From Chthoniobacteraceae bacterium (GTDB taxonomy: Bacteria > Verrucomicrobiota > Verrucomicrobiia > Chthoniobacterales > Chthoniobacteraceae), in contig JBEBGD010000010.1 in assembly GCA_040081625.1 (NCBI GenBank), positions 31,665-95,664 on the forward strand: DNA of 64,000 bases, given 5' to 3'. Under the pieces are notes generated by a model. It was not told the origin of the DNA. It did not search any database and saw nothing but the letters and a program-made list of their open reading frames with translations. The translations under genes and the position numbers were made by a program. Shown in pieces: positions 36,916 to 47,461 of the stretch. Positions within the stretch are counted from its first letter, which is position 1; the number at the start of each line of letters is the position of its first letter.

Positions 36916-39900
36916 ATGAAAACACTCGTCCCCTTCCTCCTCTGCGTCGCATCGGTCGCGTTCGCCGAGACTCCGCTCGAAAAATCCGGCGTCACAGGCG
37001 GCATCGTCGTCCAGCTCGGCGCGGGCGATCCCGCGGCCATTGCGGCGCTGCGCGCGAATGACAGCTACCAGGTGCAGGCGCTCGACTCCGACGCCGCCCG
37101 CGTGGCCACGGCGCGCGAGGCGATTTTCGCGAAGGGCGCTTACGGTCCGGTCAGCGTGGACACCTTCGACGGCAAGCTCCTGCCCTACACCGACAACTTC
37201 GTGAACCTGCTCGTCGCCGAGAGCCTCGGCTCGGTCGCGATGGATGAGGTCAACCGCGTGCTCGTCCCGAACGGCGTCGCACTCATCGGCGGTAAGAAAA
37301 CCGTGAAGACCAAGTCGCCCAAGCTCGACGACTGGACGCATTATTACTACGACGCGAAGGGCAACGCCGTCTCCAAGGACACCGAAGTCGGCCCGCCGAC
37401 GCGGATGCAGTGGGTCGGAAGCCCGCGCTGGTCGCGGCACCACGACCGCATGTCGAGCGTGAGCGCGCAGGTCTCGAGCAATGGCCGCATGTTTTACATC
37501 ATGGATGAAGGCTCGCGCATCTCGATCCTGCTGCCGTCGCACTGGGCGCTCATCGCGCGGGACGGGTTCAACGGCACGATCCTCTGGAAAAAGGACATCC
37601 CGCACTGGAGCGAGCACATGTGGCCGCTCAAGTCCGGCCCCACTCAGCTCACGCGCCGGCTGGTCGCCGATGGCGACCGCATCTTCGTCACGCTCGGCAT
37701 CGGCGAGCCGATCAGCGCGCTCGACGGCGCGACCGGCAAAGCCCTCCGCACTTACCCCGACACCAAAGGCGCGGAGGAAATCCTCCACGTGGACGGCGTG
37801 CTCTACGTGCTCGTGAATCCCGAGGACTGGGCGCTCAAGGATTTCGCGCCGAAGCTCCAGCAGGATCAGCAGCGCATCGCGCAGGAGTTCGAGTGGGACA
37901 AAAAACCGCGCACGCTCGTGGCCGTGGATGCGAATGCCGGCACGCTGCTTTGGAAAAAAGAGAAAACGAAGATCGTGCCGATCACCCTCGGCGCCGATGG
38001 CAGGCGCGTCGTCTTCTACGATGGCGACAAGCTCGTGTGCCTCGACCCGAAGACCGGCGCCGAGCGCTGGACCACCGGGCCCGCGCCCAAGCGCACGCTG
38101 CTCGAATACAACTTCGGCCCGCGCGTCGTCCTGCACGGAGACATGGTCCTCTACGCCGGCGGCGACGGCTCGCAGAAAGGCATCGATGCAAACACCGGCA
38201 AGGAACTCTGGACCGCCGCGCACGAGAAATCCGGCTACCGCTCGCCCGAGGATCTGCTCGTCGCCGGCGGACTCGTGTGGAATGCGGGCACGCTGCAGGG
38301 CAACCAGACCGGCGAGTTCACCGGCCGCGATCCGAAGACCGGCGAGGCGAAGAAGAAGTTCGCGCCCGACGTGCCGGAGGGCACCTACTGGTTCCACCAC
38401 CGCTGCTACATCGCCAAGGGCACCGAGAACTTCCTCATCCCCTCGCGCACCGGCATCGAATACGTGGACATCAACAAGCAGAGCTGGGATCTCAACCACT
38501 GGGTGCGCGGCGCCTGCCTCTATGGCGTGATGCCCGCGAACGGCCTCACCTACGCCGGCCCGCACAACTGCGCCTGCTACCCCGAGGCCAAGCTCGACGG
38601 CCTCAACGCGCTCTCCCCCGGCGGCTCGCCGCACCCCGCGCTACTGCCGGACGCACAGCGCATCGAACACGGCCCCGCGTGGAATCAACCGATCGCCGAC
38701 GCCACCGACGCCAATGACTGGCCGACCTACCGCCACGACGCCGCCCGCAGCGGCTCCACTCCCCAGGCGCTCGCCGACAATCTCGGCAAGGCGTGGGAGC
38801 TCGACCTCGGCGGAAAACTCAGCGCGATGACCATCGCCGAGGGCAAGGCCTTCGTCGCCCAGATCGATGTGCACACGCTCCACGCGATCGACGCCGCGAC
38901 TGGCAAGCGAGTCTGGCATTTCATCGCCAGCGGCCGCATCGACTCGCCACCGACGATCTCGAAAGGCCGCGTGCTCTTCGGCGGCAAGGACGGCTGGGTC
39001 TATTGCCTGCGCGCCACCGACGGCGCGCTCATCTGGCGCTTTCAGGCCGCGCCGGGCGCGCGCAGACACGCTGCCTTCGAGCAGATCGAGAGCATCTGGC
39101 CCGTGCACGGCAGCGTGCTCGTGGAAAACGACACCGTGAACCTCGTCGCGGGCCGCTCGTGCTTCCTCGACGGCGGCCTCCGCTTCCTCCGCCTCGACGT
39201 GGCGACGGGAAAGAAACTCGCCGAGCAGGTCTATAACGACATCGACCCGGAAACCGGCAAGGATTTCCAGGACCGCCACAAGACGCTGCAAATGCCCGTC
39301 GGCCTCAACGACATCCTCTCGAGCGACGGCAAGGTCATGTATCTGCGCTCGCAGAAAATCCTCGCCGACGGCAAACGCATCGAGATCGGCCCCATCAGCG
39401 CGAACGCCGGCGAGCAAGGCGGCGAGCAGAAAGGCGAAGGCCGGCACCTCTTCGCACCCATGGGCTTCCTCGACGACAGTTGGTTTCACCGCAGCTACTG
39501 GGTCTATGGCAAGAACTTCGCCGGCGGCCACAGCGGCTACTTCCAGGCCGGCAAATACACGCCCGAGGGCCGCATCCTCGTCCATGACGACAAGAACGTT
39601 TTTGGCTACTCGCGCATGCCGCAGTATTACAAATGGACGACCACGATGGAGCACCAGCTCTTCTCCGCGTCGAAGGACGCGCCCGATGTCGCGGTCGTCC
39701 CCGATGGCGGCGGCAAAAAGAAGAACGCCGCGCAAGCAAAGGCCGGCGCGAGAGCCGCGAAGGTCGAGCCGAGCGTGAAGTTCGACGGCGAGAAGCTCCC
39801 CATCGCGAATACCGCGCTCACCGTCGAGGCGTGGATCCTCCCCGACGGCCCCGACGGCGTCATCGCGCAGCACGGAGGCGGCAACATGGGCTACGCCCTC

Positions 39901-40739
39901 GCGCTGCAAGGTGGCTCCCCCGGCTTCTCCATCCGCGCCGACAAAGTCACCACCACCGCGCAATCCGCGCGCCCGCTCGACCAGGGCTGGCACCACATCG
40001 TCGGCGTCCTCACCGCGGAAAAAGCACTGCGCCTCTACGTCGATGGCCAGCTCGCCGCCGAGACCAAAGCCAACGCCCTCATCCCCGCGCTTCCCAAGCT
40101 CGGCCTCAGCCTCGGCGACGCCGGCAGCTCGCTCGTCAGCGACTTCGGCAAGGGCGCGCCCTACACCGGCATGATCGATCAATTCGCCGTCTGGCCGCGC
40201 GCACTCGAATCCTCCGACATCGTCGAGCACGCCAACGGCGCGAACTACATCGCCCGCGGCAACGGCGCGCTGCTCGCGTGCAGCTTCGACAACGGCACCG
40301 CAAAAGATGACGCGAACGGCGCACTCCTCGGCGCGATGAGCGGCGTCGAGACGGGCAAGGGCAAATTCGCCGCGGCGCTCTGGTTCCGCAAAGCCGGCAA
40401 CGCCAATGGAACACGCACAGCCCCGTCTTCGCCCGCGCGATGGCGATGGCAAAAAACACCGTCTTCATCAGCGGCCCGCCCGACATGATCGACGAGGAAT
40501 ACGCCTTCGAGCGAATGGCAAAAAAAGATCCCGCCGTGGTAAAGGAACTCGCCGACCAGGACGCCGCGCTCAATGGCGAGAGCGGCGCCAGCCTGCTTGC
40601 CGTGAACACCGAGAAAGGAAACATCGGCGGCGAAGTGAAGCTCGAAAGCCCGCCCGTCTGGGACGGCATGGCCATCGCCCAAGGCCGCCTCTACGTCGCC
40701 GGCGTGGATGGCAAAGTGCGCTGCTTCGGGCGGAAGTAA
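36916..40739 (+). pseudogene. Large secreted protein (methyltransferase-like N-domain, PQQ-like propellers, LamG domain) frameshifted near 40398
   Basis: DDWTHYYYD, HHRCY, HNCACY, DWPTYRHD and LamG (WHHIVG...LYVDG). After WFRKAG, protein-like sequence continues in the -1 frame as QRQWNTHSPVFARAMAMA...LESPPVWDGMAIAQGRLY, ending at 40739. Confidence 0.8.
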
Positions 40740-40791
40740 GCGCGCCCGCCGCGTCGGCAGGCCGCGAATCGCTGATTAAATCAGCGGTTCC

Positions 40792-41379
40792 CTAGCCCTG
40801 CGGCTTCGGCAGCGGCTTCTGATAAGGGATGCCCTGGCTGTAAGGGGGCGTGGTGCTCTTCCTCGGGATGATGAGCTTCTGGCCGGGCTGGAGGTGGCGC
40901 CCCTGCACGCTGGGATTGGCCTGCCGCAGCGTCGGCACGCCCACGCGATAAAGCATCGCGACGCTCTCGATCGTCTCGCCCGGTGCGACCTTGTGTTTCG
41001 TGCTCGCGATCTTGGGCGCGGGCTTCGGCGCAGGCGCGGGCTTGACGACCGGCTTGGGCGCTGGAGTCGGCTTTACGACCGGCTTCGCTTTGACCAACGG
41101 CTTCACCGCGGGCCTGGGCGTGGGTGTGGGTTTGATGACAAGCTTCGGCTTGGGCGACGGCTTCAGCACGGGCGCGGGTTTGCCGGGCGCGTAGCCTTTG
41201 AGCGTGGGATCGACCTGCACGATCTTCGCGGCCAGTTTGCGCTCGGCGGAATCGAAGGCGGCGCGCACTTTTACGTCGCGCATGGCGATCCGGCGCGCCT
41301 GCTCGTATTTCTGCGCGACGCTCGCGGCGTGCAGGTTCAGCGGCAGGGCGAGCAGGACGAAGGCGATGAATTTCGACAT
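40792..41379 (-). CDS. Secreted LysM-domain protein with a Lys/Pro-rich linker
   Basis: Signal peptide MSKFIAFVLL; HKVAPGETIESVA..Y.V....LRQAN...LQPGQKLIIP. Confidence 0.88.
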   Translation of the reverse strand: MSKFIAFVLLALPLNLHAASVAQKYEQARRIAMRDVKVRAAFDSAERKLAAKIVQVDPTLKGYAPGKPAPVLKPSPKPKLVIKPTPTPRPAVKPLVKAKPVVKPTPAPKPVVKPAPAPKPAPKIASTKHKVAPGETIESVAMLYRVGVPTLRQANPSVQGRHLQPGQKLIIPRKSTTPPYSQGIPYQKPLPKPQG

Positions 41380-41511
41380 GTGAGTGCGCGTGCTACAGGC
41401 TCGCGCGCAGATCGGCAAGCTGGGTGTGGAAAAGTTGCGATGCAGGCACGACAGGGGGAGCCCGATGCCCGCCGCCGCCGTCCTCAACCGCTATTTCAAC
41501 GTCTGCACCCG

Positions 41512-43590
41512 ATGATCGGTGCCGGCATCCCGACCGAGCTCGCGCAGCAGATCGCGATCGATCATTTCAAGTGCGGGCGCGTCGCGGAGGCCGAGACGAT
41601 GTGCCGCCGGATTCTCGCCGCGCAGCCGGATTTCGCCGACGCGCTGCACTTGCTCGGGCTGATCGCGTCGCACTCCGGCCACCTCGCGCCCGCCGTCGAG
41701 TTGCTTCGCCGGGCCATCGCGCTGCGTCCCGGCGCTGCGGCTTACCACCTCAACCTCGGCAACGCCCTTTGTGCCGCCGGCCAGTCCGAGGAAGGCATCG
41801 CGGAGTATCGCAGCGCGCTCGTGATCGATCCGGCGCTCGCAGTCGCACACAACAATCTCGCGGCGGCGTTGAAGGCCATGGGCCAGCTCGACGACGCCGT
41901 CGCCGAATACCGACGCGCGATCGAACTCGAACCGGCCTACGCCGAGTGCCACAGTAATCTGGGGGTCGCGCTAAGCGAGCTTGGCAGGCACGGCGAAGCT
42001 GTCTCCGCGTGCGAACGGGCGCTCGCGCTCGCGCCGAATTTTGCGACCGCTCATTACAATCTCGGCAATGCCCTCATCGGCACTGGACGGACTGCGGATG
42101 CCATAGCCGCCTTCAGCCGTGCAGTGCAGAGCGATCCGGAATACGCGACCGCCTTTGCCAACCTCGCCAGCGCGCTGCGCGACGTGGGCCGGTTCGGCGA
42201 AGCGATCGTCCACTACCGGCGCGCGCTCGCTCTCCGGCCCGGCCTCGCCATCGCGCAGAGCAACCTCGGCAGCACGCTCAAGGATCAGGGCGACATCGAC
42301 GCTGGTCTCGTGCACCTGCGCCGCGCCGTCGAACTGCAGCCCGACGCGCCCGCCCTGCACAGCAATCTGCTCGCGTCGCTCCACTACTCGCCGCGCACGA
42401 CAGCGGCGGACCTGCTCGCCGCGCATCGCGAGTTCGATCGCGTTCACGCCGCGCCGCTGCGCGCCGGCTGGTCGCCGCACACGAACTCACGCGAGCCGGA
42501 ACGTCGGTTGCGGCTCGGTTTCATCTCGCCGCATTTCGCGCGGCATCCCGTCGGCCATTTTCTCGTGCGAGTGCTCGAAAACCTCCAGCCTGCCGACTTC
42601 GAGATCGCCTGCTACTCGGACACCGACAAGTGCGACGAAATGACGGAGCGCCTCCGCGCCACGAGCGCGGTCTGGCGCGAGACCACGACGTGGAACGACG
42701 AAAAACTCGCCGCGCAGATTCGCATCGACGCCGCGGACATCCTCTTCGATCTCGCCGGCCAGACAGCGGGGCACCGCCTTCTCGTCTTCGCGCGCAAACC
42801 CGCGCCGATCCAAGTCTCGTGGCTCGATTACGTCGGCACGACTGGCCTCTCCGCGATCGATTACCTGCTCGCCGATCCGCGCGAGATTCCGCCGGACTCC
42901 GAGCAGTGGTGCGCGGAGAAGGTCCTGCGGATGCCGGACGATTACATCTGCTTCGACCCGCCGCCCGCACCGCCTGTGAACCCGCTGCCAGCGCTCAGCG
43001 CGGGGCACGTGACTTTCGGAAGCTTCAACATCCTCTCGAAGACCACGCCGGGAGTCGTCGCGCTCTGGTCGCGCATCCTGCACCGCGTGCCCGGCGCGCG
43101 ATTGCTGTTGAAGAATACGGGACTCGACGATCCCGGAACGGTGGCGCGCTATCGTGATCTCTTTGCCGCTCACGGCATCGGCGGTGAGCGCGTCGAGTTC
43201 CTCGGCTGGTCGCCCTCGCACGAGTTGCTCGCGACTTATCACCGCGTCGATGTCGCGCTCGACACATTCCCTTACAATGGCGGCCTCACCACCTGCGAAG
43301 CGCTCTGGATGGGCGTGCCCGTGGTGACGTGCCCCGGCGAAATCTTCGCCAGCCGCCACGGGCTCACCCATCTCGCTTCCGCTGGCTTCACCGAGACGAT
43401 CGCGCGCGATCTTGCAGGGTATGAATCGATCGCCGTCGAGCTGGCGGGCGACCTCCCGCGACTCGCCGCGATCCGCGCCGGCTTGCGCGAACGCGTCGCC
43501 TCCTCCCCGCTGTGCGACGGAGCGCGGTTCGCGGCTAATTTCGCCGCGCTGATGCGCGACGTGTGGCGGCAAGGGTGTAATCGCGCGTAG
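41512..43590 (+). CDS. TPR-containing O-GlcNAc transferase, SPINDLY/GT41 family
   Basis: Multiple TPRs; RLRLGFISP.F..HPVG, DLAGQT, KPAPIQVSW, LDTFPYNGGLTTCEALWMGVPVVT. Confidence 0.92.
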   Translation: MIGAGIPTELAQQIAIDHFKCGRVAEAETMCRRILAAQPDFADALHLLGLIASHSGHLAPAVELLRRAIALRPGAAAYHLNLGNALCAAGQSEEGIAEYRSALVIDPALAVAHNNLAAALKAMGQLDDAVAEYRRAIELEPAYAECHSNLGVALSELGRHGEAVSACERALALAPNFATAHYNLGNALIGTGRTADAIAAFSRAVQSDPEYATAFANLASALRDVGRFGEAIVHYRRALALRPGLAIAQSNLGSTLKDQGDIDAGLVHLRRAVELQPDAPALHSNLLASLHYSPRTTAADLLAAHREFDRVHAAPLRAGWSPHTNSREPERRLRLGFISPHFARHPVGHFLVRVLENLQPADFEIACYSDTDKCDEMTERLRATSAVWRETTTWNDEKLAAQIRIDAADILFDLAGQTAGHRLLVFARKPAPIQVSWLDYVGTTGLSAIDYLLADPREIPPDSEQWCAEKVLRMPDDYICFDPPPAPPVNPLPALSAGHVTFGSFNILSKTTPGVVALWSRILHRVPGARLLLKNTGLDDPGTVARYRDLFAAHGIGGERVEFLGWSPSHELLATYHRVDVALDTFPYNGGLTTCEALWMGVPVVTCPGEIFASRHGLTHLASAGFTETIARDLAGYESIAVELAGDLPRLAAIRAGLRERVASSPLCDGARFAANFAALMRDVWRQGCNRA

Positions 43591-43601
43591 GTTCAGCCCT
43601 C

Positions 43602-45491
43602 ATGCCCGACACCGCCGTCATCGCCAGCGCCAATCAACTCTCCGTCCGCTACGGCGTCCAACGCGTGCTCGATGGCGCTTCGCTCACGATCCACGAAGGC
43701 GAGCGCATCGGGCTCGTGGGGCGCAACGGGACAGGCAAATCGACCTTCCTCCAAATCGCCGCGGGCGTGCTCGAACCGGATGACGGCACCTTCTCGCGGC
43801 AGCGCGGGCTCGTGACCGGCTACATGCCGCAGGTCTTCGGGCTCGATGACGCGGCGAGCGTCCACGACAACATCCTCGCCGGCGCGCAGCACATCCTCGC
43901 GATCATCGAGGAATACGAAAACGCGCCCGCCGACGGAAAGCGCAGCGCGGAGTTGCTCGACCGGATCAATCACTTCGACGGCTGGACGATCGAGAGCCGC
44001 GCCACTTCGCTCATCGGCAATCTGCACGCGCCCGACGCCGAGCGCCTCGTCGGCACGCTCTCGGGTGGCGAACGCCGGCGTGTCGCGCTGTGCCGCGCGC
44101 TCATCTCGCGGCCGGATTTTCTCATCCTCGACGAGCCGACCAACCATCTCGACACCGGCTCGATCGAGTGGCTCGAGGACTTCCTCTCGCGCTACACGGG
44201 CACGTGCCTGTTCGTGACGCACGACCGCTATTTCCTCGACCGCGTGACGACGCGGATCGTCGAGCTCTCGCGCGGACAATTCCAATGCTACGAAGGGAAT
44301 TACACCGACTACCTGCTCGCGCGCGCCGAGCGGCAGTCCGCGGACGAGGCGCAGGAGGCGAAGCGGCAGAAGTTTCTCAAGCGCGAGTTGCTCTGGGTGC
44401 GCAGCGGCGTGCGCGCGCGCCGCACGAAGTCGGTCGAGCGGATGAATCGTTACTTCGAGATGGCGGGGCAGGAAGCGCCGGAGGCGGAGATCGATGTCGA
44501 TCTCATCATCCCGCCCGCGCCGAAGCTCACGAACCGCGTGATCACGCTGAAGGATGTCAGCATCGAACTCGCCGGCCGCTGGCTCGTGCGCGATCTCTCG
44601 CTCGACCTCGCCGCCGGCGAGCGGCTCGGCATCGTCGGCCGCAACGGGCTCGGCAAATCGACGCTGCTGCGCGTCATGCTCAGCCAGCTCGCGCCGACAC
44701 GCGGCGAGGTGGAAGTCGGTGCGCGCACCGAGATCAACTACGTGGACCAAAACCGCCTCCAGCTCGACGACACGAAGACGGTGTATCAGGAAGTCGGCGG
44801 CTTGAGCGAAGTCGTGCAGCTCGGTGACGAGACGATCTCGCTGCGCAGCTACCTGCGGCGTTTTCTTTTCACCGAGGAGCGCATCAACACGAAGATCGCA
44901 CAGCTCAGCGGCGGCGAGCGCAGCCGCATCCTGCTCGCGAAAATCCTCAAGCGCGGCGGCAACGTGCTGATCCTCGACGAGCCGACGAACGACCTCGATC
45001 TCGGCACGCTGCGCCTGCTCGAGGAAGCGCTCGTAGCGTTCAAGGGCAGCGTGATCGTCGTCAGCCACGACCGCTATTTTCTCAACCGCGTCTGCACATC
45101 GATCCTCGCCTTCGAGGGCGATGGCGTCGTGAAGCGTTCGGTCGGCAACTACGACTACTACCTCGAAAAAAAGGCAGCCGCTGCAGCCGGGATATCCGAC
45201 CCCGGCCCGGCCTCGCAGAAGCCGGCCACAGCGCGCCCCGGCGAGACGAAAGCGCGCAAGCTCAGCTTCAAGGAAACGCGCGAACTCGAAGCGATGGAGA
45301 CGACAATCCACGCCGCCGAGCACGAAGTCGCGCGTCTCGAGGCGCTCTTCGCCACGCCGGATTTCTACTCCACGCACGGCCACGAATGGCAGGCGCTCGA
45401 GGCGCAGCTCAAGGCCGCGCGCGAGGAAGTGCCGCGGCTCTACGCGCGCTGGGAGAAGCTCGAGGAGATCAAGCTCGCGACGACGACTTGA
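43602..45491 (+). CDS. ABC-F family ATPase (Uup-like)
   Basis: Two ABC domains (GRNGTGKST, LSGGE, LDEPTN; GRNGLGKST), no TM segments, C-terminal RKLSFKE coiled coil. Confidence 0.93.
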   Translation: MPDTAVIASANQLSVRYGVQRVLDGASLTIHEGERIGLVGRNGTGKSTFLQIAAGVLEPDDGTFSRQRGLVTGYMPQVFGLDDAASVHDNILAGAQHILAIIEEYENAPADGKRSAELLDRINHFDGWTIESRATSLIGNLHAPDAERLVGTLSGGERRRVALCRALISRPDFLILDEPTNHLDTGSIEWLEDFLSRYTGTCLFVTHDRYFLDRVTTRIVELSRGQFQCYEGNYTDYLLARAERQSADEAQEAKRQKFLKRELLWVRSGVRARRTKSVERMNRYFEMAGQEAPEAEIDVDLIIPPAPKLTNRVITLKDVSIELAGRWLVRDLSLDLAAGERLGIVGRNGLGKSTLLRVMLSQLAPTRGEVEVGARTEINYVDQNRLQLDDTKTVYQEVGGLSEVVQLGDETISLRSYLRRFLFTEERINTKIAQLSGGERSRILLAKILKRGGNVLILDEPTNDLDLGTLRLLEEALVAFKGSVIVVSHDRYFLNRVCTSILAFEGDGVVKRSVGNYDYYLEKKAAAAAGISDPGPASQKPATARPGETKARKLSFKETRELEAMETTIHAAEHEVARLEALFATPDFYSTHGHEWQALEAQLKAAREEVPRLYARWEKLEEIKLATTT

Positions 45492-45528
45492 ATAGCCGCG
45501 CGCGATACGCGTCGCAGTATTCAACACG

Positions 45529-45849
45529 ATGAAAACCATCTCCATCACCACGAGCACCGTTCGCAACCTCATCGCCGCATCGCTCGCCGGCCTCGCCTTC
45601 GCAGCGGCGACCCCGGCGGAGGCGCGCGACCGTCATCACTCCTGCTACAGCGGCTACAAGACGCCATACACCAACTACGGCTACTCTCACGGCAGCCGCG
45701 GGGCGACCTACAGCTACCCGGACCGCTATCATTACCAGCGCCCGGTTGTCGTGTATCGCCCGAGCTACAGCTCCTATTCGCGCAATCCGTGCATCTCCAC
45801 CCGGCCGGGCTTCTCGATCTCGATCGGCGGCTTCCGCATCCACCGCTGA
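45529..45849 (+). CDS. Small secreted Tyr/Ser-rich hypothetical protein
   Basis: Signal peptide ...AFAAATPAEA; ends PGFSISIG. Confidence 0.7.
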   Translation: MKTISITTSTVRNLIAASLAGLAFAAATPAEARDRHHSCYSGYKTPYTNYGYSHGSRGATYSYPDRYHYQRPVVVYRPSYSSYSRNPCISTRPGFSISIGGFRIHR

Positions 45850-45868
45850 TCGCGGCTGGATCGGCGCG

Positions 45869-47137
45869 CTACCACCGCACGCCGATCTTCTTGTAGCCCT
45901 CGACCACGGCCTTTTGCAGGTCGTCGGCGCTGCGGCCTTCGAGCAGGATCCCGAGTTGATCGAGGCCGTAGTCGCCCTTGCGCGAATACGGCGGCAACCC
46001 GATGCCGCGATACGTGAAGCTGCCGTCGTCGTTGCGCGTCACGCGCGGGTCCGCGAAGAACTTCGACCACGCGTCGCGAGCCTCCGCCATCTTGTCGAGA
46101 TACTTGAGGAAGCGCGTCCCCTTCCCGTCGCCGTCGAGGTGGCAGAAGTAATACACGAGCAGGCACGAGGAAAAATAGAGCCGGCCCTGCGCATCGCCGC
46201 CGACCTCGGACTGCTTGTGCCATTGCTCGTTGGTCATCGACATGTGATCGAGCGCCGAGACGAGCCCGGCGGGCTTGATGCCGCGCGCGGCGAACTCCTT
46301 GATGTATTCCTTCATCCCGCGCTCGTGCGAACCGGCGGTGAAGACGCCCGCATTAAACGGCAGCATCTCCGCGTATTCGGCGGTGCCTTCGGTCGCCCAA
46401 GTCGGCAGGAACGGCAGGAAATCGTGCATCATCTGGTGCGTGATCTCGTGGACGATCGTGTCGTTGCGATAGTTCGCGTCCTTGAACCACGTCTTGCCGC
46501 GCAGCTCGAGACCGAGGCTTTGGAAGGGCACGCGGAAGATGCGGTCCTTGCTGAAATACACGCCACCCGATTTCTCCGGCCCGCCATCGGCGATGTAGTT
46601 CGCGCGGCTGACGTAAAACTTCGCGCGGTAAAACCCGAGATCCTCCGGCGGCTTCGGCTCGATGGCCCAAGGCAGCGCCTGCACGAGGCTGCGCGTGGCC
46701 TCGAAGGTGCGCGCGATCTCCTTCAGCACGCTGCCGGCGATTTTGTCCTGCGTGATGAACTCAAAGTTCTGCGACCGATACACGCACTTCTGCTGGCCGG
46801 GATCCTCACTCACCGTCTTTACCTCGATCGCCCGCGTATCGACCTCGACCTTCTGCGGCCAGATGCGCTTCTCGACCGGCGGGCGCGTCGCCACGGCGTT
46901 CGCCCCGCCTTTGATGAAGTCCTGGTCCGCCGGCGAGAGGCGCGCGATCGCGATGGCTGCGAGCTGGCCGTTCGCGAGGCGCAGCGTCACTTGCGTGCCC
47001 TGAAAGCTCTGGAGCGCGGCCTGGAAGGTCTTGCCCTCGGTCGTCGTCCACGTGCGCACGAGGGCGGGGGCGGGCGTCTGCGCAAACGCGCAGGCAGGCA
47101 GGACCAGGAGAAAGAGGAACACGCGGAAACAATTCAC
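45869..47137 (-). CDS. Secreted protein with an SHD1-like N-domain and an HExxH peptidase-like domain
   Basis: RTWTTTEGKTFQA...LSPADQDFI; IVHEITHQMM...WATEGTAEY; GTG start at 47137. Confidence 0.78.
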   Translation of the reverse strand: MNCFRVFLFLLVLPACAFAQTPAPALVRTWTTTEGKTFQAALQSFQGTQVTLRLANGQLAAIAIARLSPADQDFIKGGANAVATRPPVEKRIWPQKVEVDTRAIEVKTVSEDPGQQKCVYRSQNFEFITQDKIAGSVLKEIARTFEATRSLVQALPWAIEPKPPEDLGFYRAKFYVSRANYIADGGPEKSGGVYFSKDRIFRVPFQSLGLELRGKTWFKDANYRNDTIVHEITHQMMHDFLPFLPTWATEGTAEYAEMLPFNAGVFTAGSHERGMKEYIKEFAARGIKPAGLVSALDHMSMTNEQWHKQSEVGGDAQGRLYFSSCLLVYYFCHLDGDGKGTRFLKYLDKMAEARDAWSKFFADPRVTRNDDGSFTYRGIGLPPYSRKGDYGLDQLGILLEGRSADDLQKAVVEGYKKIGVRW

Positions 47138-47236
47138 GGCGTGCAGCGTCGTAACGGACACGACCCGGTGAGGCAAGGTTTCGGAGCGCACGAAAAAGTC
47201 GTCGAATTGCGCGCGGCGGTGCGCTACGGGAGGGCC

Positions 47237-47461
47237 ATGACCTACGAGCAACTTCCCGATGAGTGGAAGGACTGGCTCAATCTCACACCGATCGAACGCT
47301 TCCGCGAAAGCGAGAAGATCTTCGCGCAATACCTTGCCATGGGAGGCACCCTTGATCCCGACCCCGATCCGACAAGTCCTTTCTACGCTCCGGAAGAATG
47401 GCGTCCAGACCTTGCTCATGGGCGGGCAGGCCTGCGTCTTCTACGGCGCGGCGCAAGTTAG
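47237..47461 (+). CDS. Small hypothetical protein overlapping the downstream nucleotidyltransferase
   Basis: MTYEQLPDEWKDWLNLTPIERFRESEKIFAQYLAMGGTLDPDPDPTSPF...; GGGAGGG RBS-like sequence before the ATG. Confidence 0.72.
   Translation: MTYEQLPDEWKDWLNLTPIERFRESEKIFAQYLAMGGTLDPDPDPTSPFYAPEEWRPDLAHGRAGLRLLRRGAS

Noticed and set aside
40440..40460. Programmed -1 frameshift at the A6 run
   Set aside because: The run is not phased as X-XXY-YYZ in the upstream frame, and protein-like sequence in the new frame begins about 50 nt earlier.
41020..41170. Roughly 30-bp tandem repeats
   Set aside because: Explained by the coding VKPxPxPKP linker of the LysM protein.
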